A stretch of 64,000 bases of DNA from Alphaproteobacteria bacterium (GTDB taxonomy: Bacteria > Pseudomonadota > Alphaproteobacteria > MPNO01 > UBA830). The translations under genes were made by a program, and so were the position numbers. The stretch's first letter is position 1, and each line of letters begins with the position of its first letter. Below are positions 53,312 to 63,043 of this stretch, piece by piece. The stretch lies in NCBI GenBank assembly GCA_964291215.2, contig OZ219790.1, positions 1,536,001 through 1,600,000 of the forward strand. The letters run 5' to 3'. A model generated the notes under the pieces. That model was not told the origin of the DNA and searched no databases. It was given only the letters and a program-made list of their open reading frames with translations.

Positions 53312-54619
53312 TCAGCCCGGCGGCCGGTTGCCGCGGCGTACCGCCAGCGACAGCGCATGCGCATCGAGGCCTTCAGCTGCCGCCAAGGTCTCCGCGGCCG
53401 GCCCGATCCGGGCCAGCGAGGCGGCACTGCAGCCGACCAGCGTGGTCCGCTTCATCAAGTCCGTGACCGCAAGGCCGGAAGCGTAGCGTGCGCTGCCCAT
53501 CGTCGGAAGCACATGGTTGGGACCGGCGACATAGTCGCCCACCGCCTCCGGCGTGTACCGGCCGAGAAAGATCGCGCCGGCGTGGCGGATGCGGCCGGCG
53601 AGGGAATCCGGATCCGCGACCGCAAGCTCGAGATGCTCGGGCGCGATCCGGTCCACGATGCCGGCGGCATCCTCAAGACGATCGACGACGATGATCGCCC
53701 CGAAATCCTCCCAACTCTCCCCGGCGATCCGCGCACGCGGCAATTCGCCGAGCCACGCCCGGACCGCCGCTTCGACGGCATCCGCAAACTCCGCATCGTC
53801 GGTGATCAGGATCGACTGCGCAAGCGGATCGTGTTCCGCCTGCGACAGCAGATCGGCGGCGATCCACGCCGGATCGTTTTCGCCGTCGGCGACCACGAGT
53901 ATCTCCGACGGTCCCGCGATCAGGTCGATTCCAACGGCCCCGAATACCTGCCGTTTGGCTTCCGCCACGTAGGCGTTCCCGGGGCCGACGATCTTGTCGA
54001 CGGGACTCACCGTGGCGGTGCCATAGGCCAGCGCCGCAATCGCCTGCGCACCGCCGATGCGGTAAATTTCGCGGACGCCCGCGAGATCAGCCGCCGCAAG
54101 GACCAGCGGGCTCACGACGCCGCCCGATGCCGGAACCGCCATCACGAGACGCCCGACGCCGGCGACCGTTGCGGGAATCGCGTTCATCAGAACAGAACTC
54201 GGATAGGCGGCGGAACCGCCCGGCACATATATCCCGACCGCCGCAAGCGGCGTCCAGCGCAGCCCGAGCCGAATGCCGTCGCCGTCGGTGTAGGCGAAAC
54301 CTTCCGGCAGCTGGCGCTCATGAAACGCGCGTATCCGCGACGCGGCAAGCTCTAGCGCCGCGATCCGGTCGGGCGCGCACGCGGCACGCGCACCGGCGAT
54401 CTCGCCGGGATCGACCTGGAGTTCGGCAGCCACGCCGACATCGAAGCCGTCGAAGCGGCGTGTATAATCGAGAAGCGCGTCGTCTCCGCGGCGACGCATG
54501 TCGCCGATGATCGCCGAGACCGCGGCACCGACATCCGCTTCCGGCGCGCGTCGCCCCTCGACCAGCCGTTCGAGCTCCTCGGCAAACGACGCCGCCCCGG
54601 CGGCGAGCCTACGCGCCAT
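53312..54619 (-). CDS. hisD: Histidinol dehydrogenase
   Basis: YVPGG..AYPSS, GPGNAYV, AGPSE, QAEHD, PEHLEL and GPNHVLPT motifs. Confidence 0.97.
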   Translation of the reverse strand: MARRLAAGAASFAEELERLVEGRRAPEADVGAAVSAIIGDMRRRGDDALLDYTRRFDGFDVGVAAELQVDPGEIAGARAACAPDRIAALELAASRIRAFHERQLPEGFAYTDGDGIRLGLRWTPLAAVGIYVPGGSAAYPSSVLMNAIPATVAGVGRLVMAVPASGGVVSPLVLAAADLAGVREIYRIGGAQAIAALAYGTATVSPVDKIVGPGNAYVAEAKRQVFGAVGIDLIAGPSEILVVADGENDPAWIAADLLSQAEHDPLAQSILITDDAEFADAVEAAVRAWLGELPRARIAGESWEDFGAIIVVDRLEDAAGIVDRIAPEHLELAVADPDSLAGRIRHAGAIFLGRYTPEAVGDYVAGPNHVLPTMGSARYASGLAVTDLMKRTTLVGCSAASLARIGPAAETLAAAEGLDAHALSLAVRRGNRPPG

Positions 54620-55274
54620 CGACCGCGGCTCGGAAACGGCGGATCCAGCCGTGCAGTTCGGCCGAGCGGGTCTTGAGCGCGGCCCGGTTGACGACCAGCC
54701 GCGACGTCACCATCGTGATCTCCTCGACTTCGACGAGTCCGTTCGCACGCAATGTCGATCCCGTCGAGACGAGATCGACGATCCGCCGGCAGAGCCCCAG
54801 TGACGGCGCAATCTCGACGGCGCCGCTCAGCTTGACGCACTCCGCATGCACGCCCCGCGCGGCAAAGTGCCGGCGCGTCAGGTCGGGGTACTTGGTCGCA
54901 ACCCGGACATGGCTCCAGCGCAGCGGATTATCCTTCTGGCGGAGAGCCTCAGATTCGGCAACGACCATCCGGCAGTGTCCAATGCCGAGGTCGAGCGGCG
55001 CATAGATCTCGGGATAGCCAAACTCCAGCAGCACGTCGCGACCGGCGACCCCGAGCTGCGCGCCGCCAAAGGCGACTATGGTGGCAACATCGAACGAGCG
55101 GACGCGAAGCAGGAACAGGTCGGGCACGTTGGTCGCGAACTCGAGCTTGCGTTCGTTCTCGTCGAGGAACGCGTCCTCGGGCTCGATCCCGACGCTGGCC
55201 ATGACCGGCAGGAGTTCGCCGAGAATGCGGCCGCGCGGCACCGCGAAGCGCAGCCGATCTCCTCCCGCAGTCAC
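54609..55274 (-). CDS. hisG: ATP phosphoribosyltransferase (short form)
   Basis: AVPRGRI, RVATKYP, KLSGAVE and IVDLVSTGSTLRANGL motifs; no C-terminal regulatory domain. Confidence 0.95.
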   Translation of the reverse strand: MTAGGDRLRFAVPRGRILGELLPVMASVGIEPEDAFLDENERKLEFATNVPDLFLLRVRSFDVATIVAFGGAQLGVAGRDVLLEFGYPEIYAPLDLGIGHCRMVVAESEALRQKDNPLRWSHVRVATKYPDLTRRHFAARGVHAECVKLSGAVEIAPSLGLCRRIVDLVSTGSTLRANGLVEVEEITMVTSRLVVNRAALKTRSAELHGWIRRFRAAVDGA

Positions 55275-55403
55275 CGTTCCCTCCCCCGGCACACAGCGCA
55301 CGGCGACGCAGCCAGAACAGCCCGCCTCTGCGACGCCCCGCGAGACGCCGGAAAAAGATCTTCACGATACATCTGGGTTCACCGTATCCGATTTCCGGAG
55401 CCG

Positions 55404-56690
55404 TCACCCGCCGACGCGCTCGATCACGGCGCCGCAGGCGGCAAGCTTGTCTTCGATACGTTCATAGCCGCGGTCCAGATGATACACGCGATTTACTTCC
55501 GTTTCCCCCCGCGCCGCGAGACCCGCCAGTATCAGCGATACCGAAGCGCGGAGGTCGGTCGCCATCACCGGCGCACCGGTAAGATGGCTGACGCCGCTGA
55601 CGACGGCAGACCCCCTGTCGATGCGGATGTCGGCGCCCATACGGCAGAGTTCCGGCACATGCATGAAGCGGTTCTCGAAGATCGTTTCGGTTATCGTCGA
55701 GCATCCTTCGGCGAGCGTCATCAAGGCCGTCATCTGGGCCTGAAGGTCGGTCGGGAATCCGGGATAGGGCTCGGTAACCACGTCACTCCCCCGCACCCGG
55801 CCGCCGGCGAGGCCGACCCGGATGCGACCATCTCCGGGCTCCATCTTCAGACCGGCGTCGGCAAGCTTGGCGAGCGCGGCCTGCAGGATCACAGGTCCCC
55901 CACCCCTGAGCTCCACGCACCCTCCGGTGATCGCCGCAGCCATCGCCCAGGTGCCGGCCTCGATGCGATCGGCAATCACCGCGTGATCAGCGCCGCCGAG
56001 CCGGTCAGTGCCCTGGATCATTATCCGCTCTGTACCCGCACCCTCGATGGCTGCGCCCATGGCAACCAGGCAATCCGCCAGATCGACAATCTCGGGCTCG
56101 CGCGCGGCATTGGCGAGCACCGTCTCGCCGCGAGCCAGCGACGCGGCCATCATCAGGTTCTCGGTCGCACCGACGGAGGCGAACGGGAGCAAGATCGCGC
56201 CACCACGCAGGCCCTGCGCCGCCCGCGCACGGACATAGCCGTTTTCGACCGCGATCTCGGCGCCGAGCGCGGCGAGGCCCGCAAGATGGAGATCGACCGG
56301 CCGCGTGCCGATTGCGCAACCGCCGGGAAGCGAAACCCGCGCCTCGCCAAACCGCGCTACCAGCGGCCCAAGCACCAGGATCGACGCACGCATCCGCCGC
56401 ACAAGATCATAGGGTGCGAACGTATCTCCGACACCGGCTGCGTCGAGCGAGACCGCGCCGCCGACACCGCCGGCATCCGTGTCCTCCTCCATGCCCTCGA
56501 CCGCAACGCCGAGCTGCCGCAGCAACCTCGCCATGCTCGATATGTCGACCAGCGACGGCACGTTCCGGAGCGTGAGGGTTTCTTCTGTCAGCAGACATGC
56601 CGCCATCAGCGGCAGCGCCGCATTCTTGGCACCGCTGATGTCAATCGAGCCGGAGAGCGGCGTACCGCCCTGGATCAGGATCCTGTCCAT
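55404..56690 (-). CDS. murA: UDP-N-acetylglucosamine 1-carboxyvinyltransferase
   Basis: [33 protein letters not shown] and DLRAS motifs. Confidence 0.98.
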   Translation of the reverse strand: MDRILIQGGTPLSGSIDISGAKNAALPLMAACLLTEETLTLRNVPSLVDISSMARLLRQLGVAVEGMEEDTDAGGVGGAVSLDAAGVGDTFAPYDLVRRMRASILVLGPLVARFGEARVSLPGGCAIGTRPVDLHLAGLAALGAEIAVENGYVRARAAQGLRGGAILLPFASVGATENLMMAASLARGETVLANAAREPEIVDLADCLVAMGAAIEGAGTERIMIQGTDRLGGADHAVIADRIEAGTWAMAAAITGGCVELRGGGPVILQAALAKLADAGLKMEPGDGRIRVGLAGGRVRGSDVVTEPYPGFPTDLQAQMTALMTLAEGCSTITETIFENRFMHVPELCRMGADIRIDRGSAVVSGVSHLTGAPVMATDLRASVSLILAGLAARGETEVNRVYHLDRGYERIEDKLAACGAVIERVGG

Positions 56691-56800
56691 TCCCGGTCAG
56701 GCCGGACGCGCCGACCAGCGCCGGCAGTTCCGGCTCCGGGTCGCCACCCGGGCAGGAAAACGGCTCACGGACGCGCCGTCGCCGCTGCGCGACGGTCGAG

Positions 56801-56977
56801 TCACGGCGATCGCCGGTTGTCGTCAGGCTTCGTCGGCGCGCGCGATGCCGGAATGTCCGTTTCGCGTGCGCGTGCCTGCGCCTTGCGCCGCAGCAGGTTG
56901 GCGCGAAGCTCCTGCGCCTGACGCCGCTGTCGCGCCGGCTTGCTGCCACGGGGTTTCCCGGAGGGTACGTCTACCAT
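56801..56977 (-). CDS. Small basic hypothetical protein upstream of murA
   Basis: AQELRANLLRRKAQARAR, resembling the small ORF that often precedes murA in Alphaproteobacteria. Confidence 0.55.
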   Translation of the reverse strand: MVDVPSGKPRGSKPARQRRQAQELRANLLRRKAQARARETDIPASRAPTKPDDNRRSP

Positions 56978-57058
56978 GGCCGGATCCGCATCGTTCAATG
57001 GGGTGCTGGCGGGTTGAATCCCACCCGGCAAGGTGCCATTATGCCGCCATCCTGGCAA

Positions 57059-57133
57059 GCCGCCGTAGCTCAGTGGTAGAGCGCACCCTTGGTAAGGGTG
57101 AGGTCGAGTGTTCAATCCACTCCGGCGGCACCA
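57059..57133 (+). tRNA. tRNA-Thr(GGT)
   Basis: GCCGCCG acceptor stem, TAGCTCAGTGGTAGAGC D arm, CACCC-TTGGTAA-GGGTG anticodon arm, GTTCAATCC T loop, encoded CCA. Confidence 0.97.
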
Positions 57134-57324
57134 TGAACCCGTCTCGTGCCACCGACCGGACAGTTGGCGCCACCGTGTGGCCGGGGTATTGACGGATGCC
57201 CCCCCCGATCGCAAAACCCCACATGCTGTCCTCAGCACGTCCCGGGCTTTTCCTCGAGTGTTTTCGGGCAGTTCTGGATAACCGGAAATTTCCTGTTGTC
57301 CGGGATGCACGCCGGAGCCAAACT

Positions 57325-57982
57325 CAGACATCCTTACCTCGTTAGTTGACTTGATCAGTCCGGCTCCCCTTTTTTCCAACACAATGAACGATTTTCCCGG
57401 TTCTTGCTTGGCAACATAGCCGCCTGATGGCCCGATATACCATGATGCCTGTAATTGGATACTCCCGGCCATGAACACGCTCGCGATGCACCTTCCTGAA
57501 GCCATCGGAACCTCGTGCTTCTCCCTTGCCGATGTCGACGGACAGACCGTCTACTTCTCGAACATGGAGCCCTGCCACGACGAGGGCGACCGGCCGGCGA
57601 TGCTGCTGCGGATCGCCAGGCACCGCGTTCCTCAAAGAGACCTGCAGACGGCGTGAGCCGCGCGACCGTGCAGCGGGCGGTGAAGAAGCTCCGGGACAGG
57701 GCGAAGCGAGCTTCCACGAGCCGCGCAGGGGCCGCGGTATCAGCGTGTTCACCGGCGAGACGGCGGACGCGGCGAACTGTCTCCTGGCCGAGGGCATGAG
57801 CGCCGCGGCACTGACCCGGGAACTGGGGATCGCGAGATCGACGGTGTACTACAACCTCAGCAACGGGTTTGTCGGCGCCGGAGAGCGGCCGTAGCCGGAG
57901 GCGACGAAAGTCGACAAGGCCACGAGATGCCCGGACGATCTTCTCGGCCGCGGCGAGCGGGACCGTCGAGACAGGGTCGCGC
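57325..57982 (+). mobile_element. CAGA-family IS, left-end fragment
   Basis: CAGACATCCTTACCTCG end; homologous to 49870-50291 in reverse; single HTH (LLAEGMSAAALTRELGIARSTVYYN). Confidence 0.85.
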
Positions 57983-58467
57983 CACGGTGATCCTGTGCTA
58001 ATTCGTGCCCGCGCGGAAATGACCGTTTTGGCTGAGATTCTGGCGAAATTTCTGGTTTGATCGCCTTTCCGGGTCCCGCTCCGTTTTCGGGGGGATTCCT
58101 GCTGATTCGCAGCGGTATCAGGGCTCTTCCAGCCGAGAAGCCGGACGAGCGGCTCCGTTCCCGCTCCCGGCGGGTTTCACAGGTGGGGTGGAGGGACGCC
58201 GCCGTCAGGCGGCGCGTTTTCGTCGTCGTCGGGCCCGTCCGTGCAACAGCAGGCGGTGGACATTGAAGGCGACCATGGACAGCGCCACCATCCGCGCAAA
58301 GCCGTCCGCCCCACAGGACCCGGTCCATGCCGCGTTGCTCAAGATTATTGATCGCCGACTCCACGTGCTGTCGGCGCATCTCCCGGAACGTCGTCTCAGC
58401 TTCCCGGTCCGCCCGACTAGGCTGTCCCTTCTTCGGCAGCGCGTCCAGCAGCTCGTCCAGTGCAATC
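57983..58467 (-). mobile_element. ISNCY-like transposase 3' remnant with CACGGTGATCC end
   Basis: TIR CACGGTGATCCTGTGCTAATTCG; fragments RRQH.VESAINNLEQRGMDR and GADGFARMVALSMVAFNVHR. Confidence 0.7.
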
Positions 58468-58549
58468 GTAAGCGTTCGTTCATGCGGTGATGACGATCTG
58501 CGCTGAGGTTTGTTTTGGTGATTCGGAGAAGGGGGCTAGTAAATTTTTT
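58468..58549 (+). mobile_element. IS66 left-end fragment (third copy)
   Basis: GTAAGCGTTCGTTCATGCGGTGATGACGATCTGCGCTGAGG, as at 29618 and 38449. Confidence 0.85.
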
Positions 58550-60049
58550 GTATCTACTCACCCCTAGTTGAGTTCTGATTGGTCGTAGTGCTCGTTGATG
58601 ATGTCTGCGGCTTTTCCGTCGAGGGCGATCTGGGTTGCGACGTGTGGGTTGTAGCCGAGTGCGGCCATGGAGGTGAGGTAGCTTGAGCCCCGGCACCATG
58701 CTTTTGCGTGGAGCGGAAGCATCCGGACACCTTGACCTTTGCCATCCTGATCTTCTGTTCTCCGGCATTGTTGGTGAAGCTGACGTCGGGGTTGTCTATG
58801 AAGCGCAGGTTTTCGTGTTTCACGAGACGTTCGTGCAGGTTGTGCGCGTTTGCGATGCGTTTTCCTTTCGTCGGGATGTCGGGCAGTTCCTTGGCGCCCT
58901 GATGGTGCGGTAGCGCTTGCGCCCGGCGTCGTTCAGGGTCTTGGATGTGCTCTTGTTGACCTTGTGGCAGACCTCGCGGAACAGGCTCTTCATCAGTCGC
59001 GCGGTAGCCTCGACGACAAAGGTCAGTTCGCGCAGCAGGTGGCTGCCGCACAACTGGTGGCTACACTGCCATGTACGAGGCCCAGGACGCCCTTGTAGCA
59101 CGGGCCGATCTCTTGCCCGCGCTTGCGGTGCGGGAACTTGCACGTCAGGGTCCCACGACATGAAGCCACTTACTGTTGATCCGAAATCGTCGACATCGGG
59201 CGTTGCAGGAGGTGCGCCACGGCGGCCTCCTCCCATGACGCATCGTGAAAGCATAGCCGAGGCAGGTTGCCTCGGAGAGCTTGATGCCGGAGATCGCCTG
59301 CACGAACGCGACGGCACGGCGCAGGGACAGCATCTGGGCGACCAGCAGGTTGATGACGAGGGCCTGGATGCCGTACTGCACGGGATGTTGTCGGGGAACC
59401 GGCCCTTGGTTCGGGCCTTGCACTTCGGGCATTCCTTGATCTCGGCGCGGCGCTCGACGACCTCGAACACGATGTCGTGCGGCGCTCCCGATCGACGGGG
59501 CCGTCGGCGCCGCAGGCGTCGCAGGCCGCGACCGTCTCCTCGACGATGATCTTGCGCAGGTTGTCGCCCATCTGCTGGTTCGGCTTCGGGCCGTTGCTCC
59601 CGGCACGCTCTTGTCCGTCTGTGACGGCGGCAGACCGGAGTTCCGGCTCGTGCGTGGTCTTCTCCAGAAGGACGACGATGAGGATGTCGAGCAGGATGAC
59701 GAGGACGCGGATCACGGCCTCTTCCGCCACCTTGCCGGCCGCACGCAGCGCCGCGGTCTTGGCCGCTTCGAACTCCTCGCGCGCCGCCCGTCGCCATCAC
59801 CCGGCCTTGTGCTTCATCAGCGCGCCGCCTCCGAGATGCGTTTCCACATACAGATCATGCGGGGGCTGGAGCCCCGGAAGCAGCTGGCACAGCCCGCTCG
59901 TCGCCTTCGATCCAAAGTAGCCCACTGGCGGTCCCCGTCGTTCTCGATTACCACCACTAAACGAATCGGCCTGCAGTGTCAAATCTCCACGAAAACCCGT
60001 TTGTTACTCTACCCCGACATCAAGCCGGAACCAGGGGGTGAGCAGTTAC
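58550..60049 (-). mobile_element. IS66-family element (second type), degraded
   Basis: TIRs GTATCTACTCACCCC / GGGGTGAGCAGTTAC; fragments HQLCGSHLLREL and FTNNAGEQKIRMAKVK.SGCFRS. Confidence 0.88.
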
Positions 60050-60145
60050 GCCTTCGGTCTAAAAAATGCTGCGCCCTTCAGCTGACCACACAGAATATAG
60101 CGTGATATGAGCCTGCCTGAACGTGACAGCGCAAGCAAAGGCTGT

Positions 60146-60189
60146 CATCATAGCGTAGCCATTCGAGCATCATAGCGTAGCCATTCGAG
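60146..60189. repeat. Perfect 22-bp tandem duplication
   Basis: CATCATAGCGTAGCCATTCGAG x2. Confidence 0.9.
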
Positions 60190-60232
60190 CTTCCGGATCC
60201 GATCCGGTGCGCATTCCGACGCGGAGTATTCC

Positions 60233-61423
60233 ATGGAACTCCCATCGAGCGACAGCCTGTATGCTCTCAAGGTTGACGAATTCGATACCGCGCAATTGCT
60301 GGCAAACGCGGCGCGGCAGTGCGACGAGCGCAACCTTGCCGACGTGTTCATCGTCGATGCGGATTCGCATCACTACGAGACAGAATCGGTCACCGAACTC
60401 CTCGGGTACATTGAGGATCCGGTGATGAAACAGCTCTCGATGTCGGCTCTGGGCGTTGCCCGGAAGTCCCGCGGCTTCCCTTATTCACGCGTGGGTTATC
60501 AGGATCTCGGCGGCCGCATCACCCGCGAGCCCCTGCGCGGTCTGGAACAGACGGCGGGCGCCGAGCACCGCGACATCGCGCTCGCGCACAAGCGCATGGA
60601 CGCGATGGGGGTCGATTTGGCCGTTCTTCTGCCGACGCCCATGATGCTGATGGGCATGCATCCGCAGATCGAGTTCGAGGCGCAGATCGCGTTGGCCTAC
60701 AACACGTGGCTGGTCGAGAAGGTGACGTCGCAATCGGACCGGCTTTTATCCTTTGCCTATCTGCCGTTCAACGACCCCGAGATGACCTTCAGGATCGTCA
60801 GCGAGTTCAGGGACGCGCCTGGAATCGTCGGGTTTATGATAACGTCGGTGCGCCACAATGCGGTGCATGACAACGTGTACGCGAAGAGCTATGCGGCGAT
60901 CCAGGAGGCGGGAAAGGTCCTTGCCTTCCACACCGGCTATGACTGGGACGATCCGACCTTCGGAAGCCCGAGCCGGTTCGTCGCCATCCAGGCCATCGGC
61001 TATCCGTTCTATAACGTCATCCACTGCGTCAACTGGTTGTGCAATGGCATGAACGAGCGTTTCCCGGAGCTCGATGTCCTGTGGATGGAGGGCGGCCTCG
61101 CGTGGGTACCGTGGGTGATGCAGCGGATCGATTCCGAATACCGCATGCGCTCGGCCGAGGTGCCGGGCCTGAGGAAACTGCCGAGCCACTACATGCGCGA
61201 CATGTACTACACGTCGCAACCGCTGGAAGTGGGTGACGGTTACCTCCTTGAGCAGACGCTCAAGGCCGTCGACGCGGAAAACCGGCTTCTCTACGCTTCG
61301 AACTATCCGCTGCCCGACATGGACGTGCCGTCCGTGATCTGGGATCTCGACTGCCTGGACAAGCAGGCGAAGCGCAACATTCTGGGCGAGAACGCACGCA
61401 GGCTGTTCAGGCTCGAGGCCTGA
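60233..61423 (+). CDS. Amidohydrolase_2 family protein (DxDxH type)
   Basis: VDADSHHYE, AYNTWL, FHTG, MEGG.AW and ILGENA.RLF motifs. Confidence 0.88.
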   Translation: MELPSSDSLYALKVDEFDTAQLLANAARQCDERNLADVFIVDADSHHYETESVTELLGYIEDPVMKQLSMSALGVARKSRGFPYSRVGYQDLGGRITREPLRGLEQTAGAEHRDIALAHKRMDAMGVDLAVLLPTPMMLMGMHPQIEFEAQIALAYNTWLVEKVTSQSDRLLSFAYLPFNDPEMTFRIVSEFRDAPGIVGFMITSVRHNAVHDNVYAKSYAAIQEAGKVLAFHTGYDWDDPTFGSPSRFVAIQAIGYPFYNVIHCVNWLCNGMNERFPELDVLWMEGGLAWVPWVMQRIDSEYRMRSAEVPGLRKLPSHYMRDMYYTSQPLEVGDGYLLEQTLKAVDAENRLLYASNYPLPDMDVPSVIWDLDCLDKQAKRNILGENARRLFRLEA

Positions 61424-61447
61424 CGAAACAACGGGAGGTCGCAACGG

Positions 61448-62062
61448 ATGAAACTCATCGGCAGGTTCATGTCGCCGTTCACTCGCCGGGTGGCGGTATC
61501 CGCCCGCACGCTCGGCTTGGAATTCGAACATGTCGACCTGTCGACGATGACCGATATCGACGAAATTCGCAGATACAACCCCATGGGGCGGGTGCCGACC
61601 GTCGTGCTCGAAGACGGAACCGTCCTTGTCGACAGCGCCGCGATCGTCGACTGGCTTGACGAGCAGGTCGAGCCGGAGCGCCGGCTGGTGCCCGTGTCCG
61701 GCGCCGCCAGGCGGGACGTCCTGCAGCTTGTCTCGTGGGCGACAGGGGCCGGCGACAAGGCGGTGGTTGTCCATTACGAGCTTACCCGCCGACCCGAAGA
61801 CAAGATCTTCCTGCCCGCGGTCGAAAGCAATGTCGATCAGATCAGATCCGCCTTTGGGATGCTGGAGAAGGCGGCGGTGGACGGCGGCTGGCTGGTCGGC
61901 GATCGCATGACGCAGGCTGACATCACGGTGGTGATCTTCCAGGAATTCTGCGAAATCGTGCTTGCGGACCGCTTCGACCGCGGCGACTATCCCGCGCTCG
62001 GCGCTCTTTGCGCACGCGCCCATGGCGAAAATCCCGCCTTTGCCGGGACCTCTCCGCGATGA
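61448..62062 (+). CDS. Glutathione S-transferase family protein
   Basis: SPFTRRV, NPMGRVPT, DSAAI and TQADI motifs. Confidence 0.9.
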   Translation: MKLIGRFMSPFTRRVAVSARTLGLEFEHVDLSTMTDIDEIRRYNPMGRVPTVVLEDGTVLVDSAAIVDWLDEQVEPERRLVPVSGAARRDVLQLVSWATGAGDKAVVVHYELTRRPEDKIFLPAVESNVDQIRSAFGMLEKAAVDGGWLVGDRMTQADITVVIFQEFCEIVLADRFDRGDYPALGALCARAHGENPAFAGTSPR

Positions 62063-62937
62063 CTACGCTGAGAATAGGCGACGCCACCATAGACGGCGTC
62101 ATTGAAGCCTTTGACGCGATTCGCGCGCCGGCCGACATCTTTCCCGACTCGACATCCGAGCTGGTGGACAGCCACCGTGGCTGGCTCGAGCCGCACAGCA
62201 TCGACCCCGAGACGGGCAACGTCATCCTCGCGTTTCGCAGCTATCTCGTCCGCACGGGCGGCCTCACGATTCTCATCGACACCTGCGTCGGCAACGACAA
62301 GGAGCGCCCGTTGCGCCCCAACTGGCACCGCAAGTCCTGGCCGTGGATGGACAATCTGCGCGCTCGGGGCGTGACGCCGGAAGACGTTGACATCGTGATG
62401 TGCACCCATCTGCACACCGATCACGTGGGTTGGAACACGCGTTTGGAGGACGGCCGCTGGGTGCCGACATTTCCCAACGCGCGCTACCTGTTCCATGAGA
62501 AGGAGTACGCCTACTGGGAGGCGGAACATCGCCGGCAAGAATGGATTCGCGACGCCTTCGAGGACAGCGTCTTGCCGGTCGTCGAGGCCGGAAAGGCGGA
62601 AATGGTGGCCGGCGATCACGAGATTATCAACGGCCTGTGGCTTGAGCCCGCACCCGGGCACACGCCGGGGGCCGTATGCATCAACCTGCGGAACGGCGGC
62701 GACCGGGCTGTGTTCTGCGGCGACCTGATGCACCATCCCCTGCAGGTCCCCGAGCCGCAGTGGTCGAGCATCTTCTGCACCGACCCCGACCTGTCGCGCG
62801 AGACCCGCGTCGCGTTCGTCGAGCGCCATGCGGAGACCGGCATCATGGTTTTGCCGACCCATTTCGTGAAGAATGGCGGCGGCCATATCGAGGGCGGCGG
62901 CTCCGGTGACAAGGCCATGTTCCGGTTCGCCGGCTGA
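62059..62937 (+). CDS. MBL-fold metallo-hydrolase (copy 1)
   Basis: THLHTDHVGWN, PGHTPG and GDLMH motifs; ATGA overlap with the GST gene. Confidence 0.92.
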   Translation: MTTLRIGDATIDGVIEAFDAIRAPADIFPDSTSELVDSHRGWLEPHSIDPETGNVILAFRSYLVRTGGLTILIDTCVGNDKERPLRPNWHRKSWPWMDNLRARGVTPEDVDIVMCTHLHTDHVGWNTRLEDGRWVPTFPNARYLFHEKEYAYWEAEHRRQEWIRDAFEDSVLPVVEAGKAEMVAGDHEIINGLWLEPAPGHTPGAVCINLRNGGDRAVFCGDLMHHPLQVPEPQWSSIFCTDPDLSRETRVAFVERHAETGIMVLPTHFVKNGGGHIEGGGSGDKAMFRFAG

Positions 62938-63043
62938 CGTGCTGCGCGGACCGGCAAGAAACCACTGCAGGCGCTGACGGAAACCGCGCGGTGTCCTGAT
63001 CAGAATTGCGTCCGCACCCTGCCATTGGAGCGACGGATCGGCC

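Noticed and set aside
35917-60189. CRISPR array from the 22-24 bp repeats
   Set aside because: Only two adjacent units each, no spacers, no cas genes
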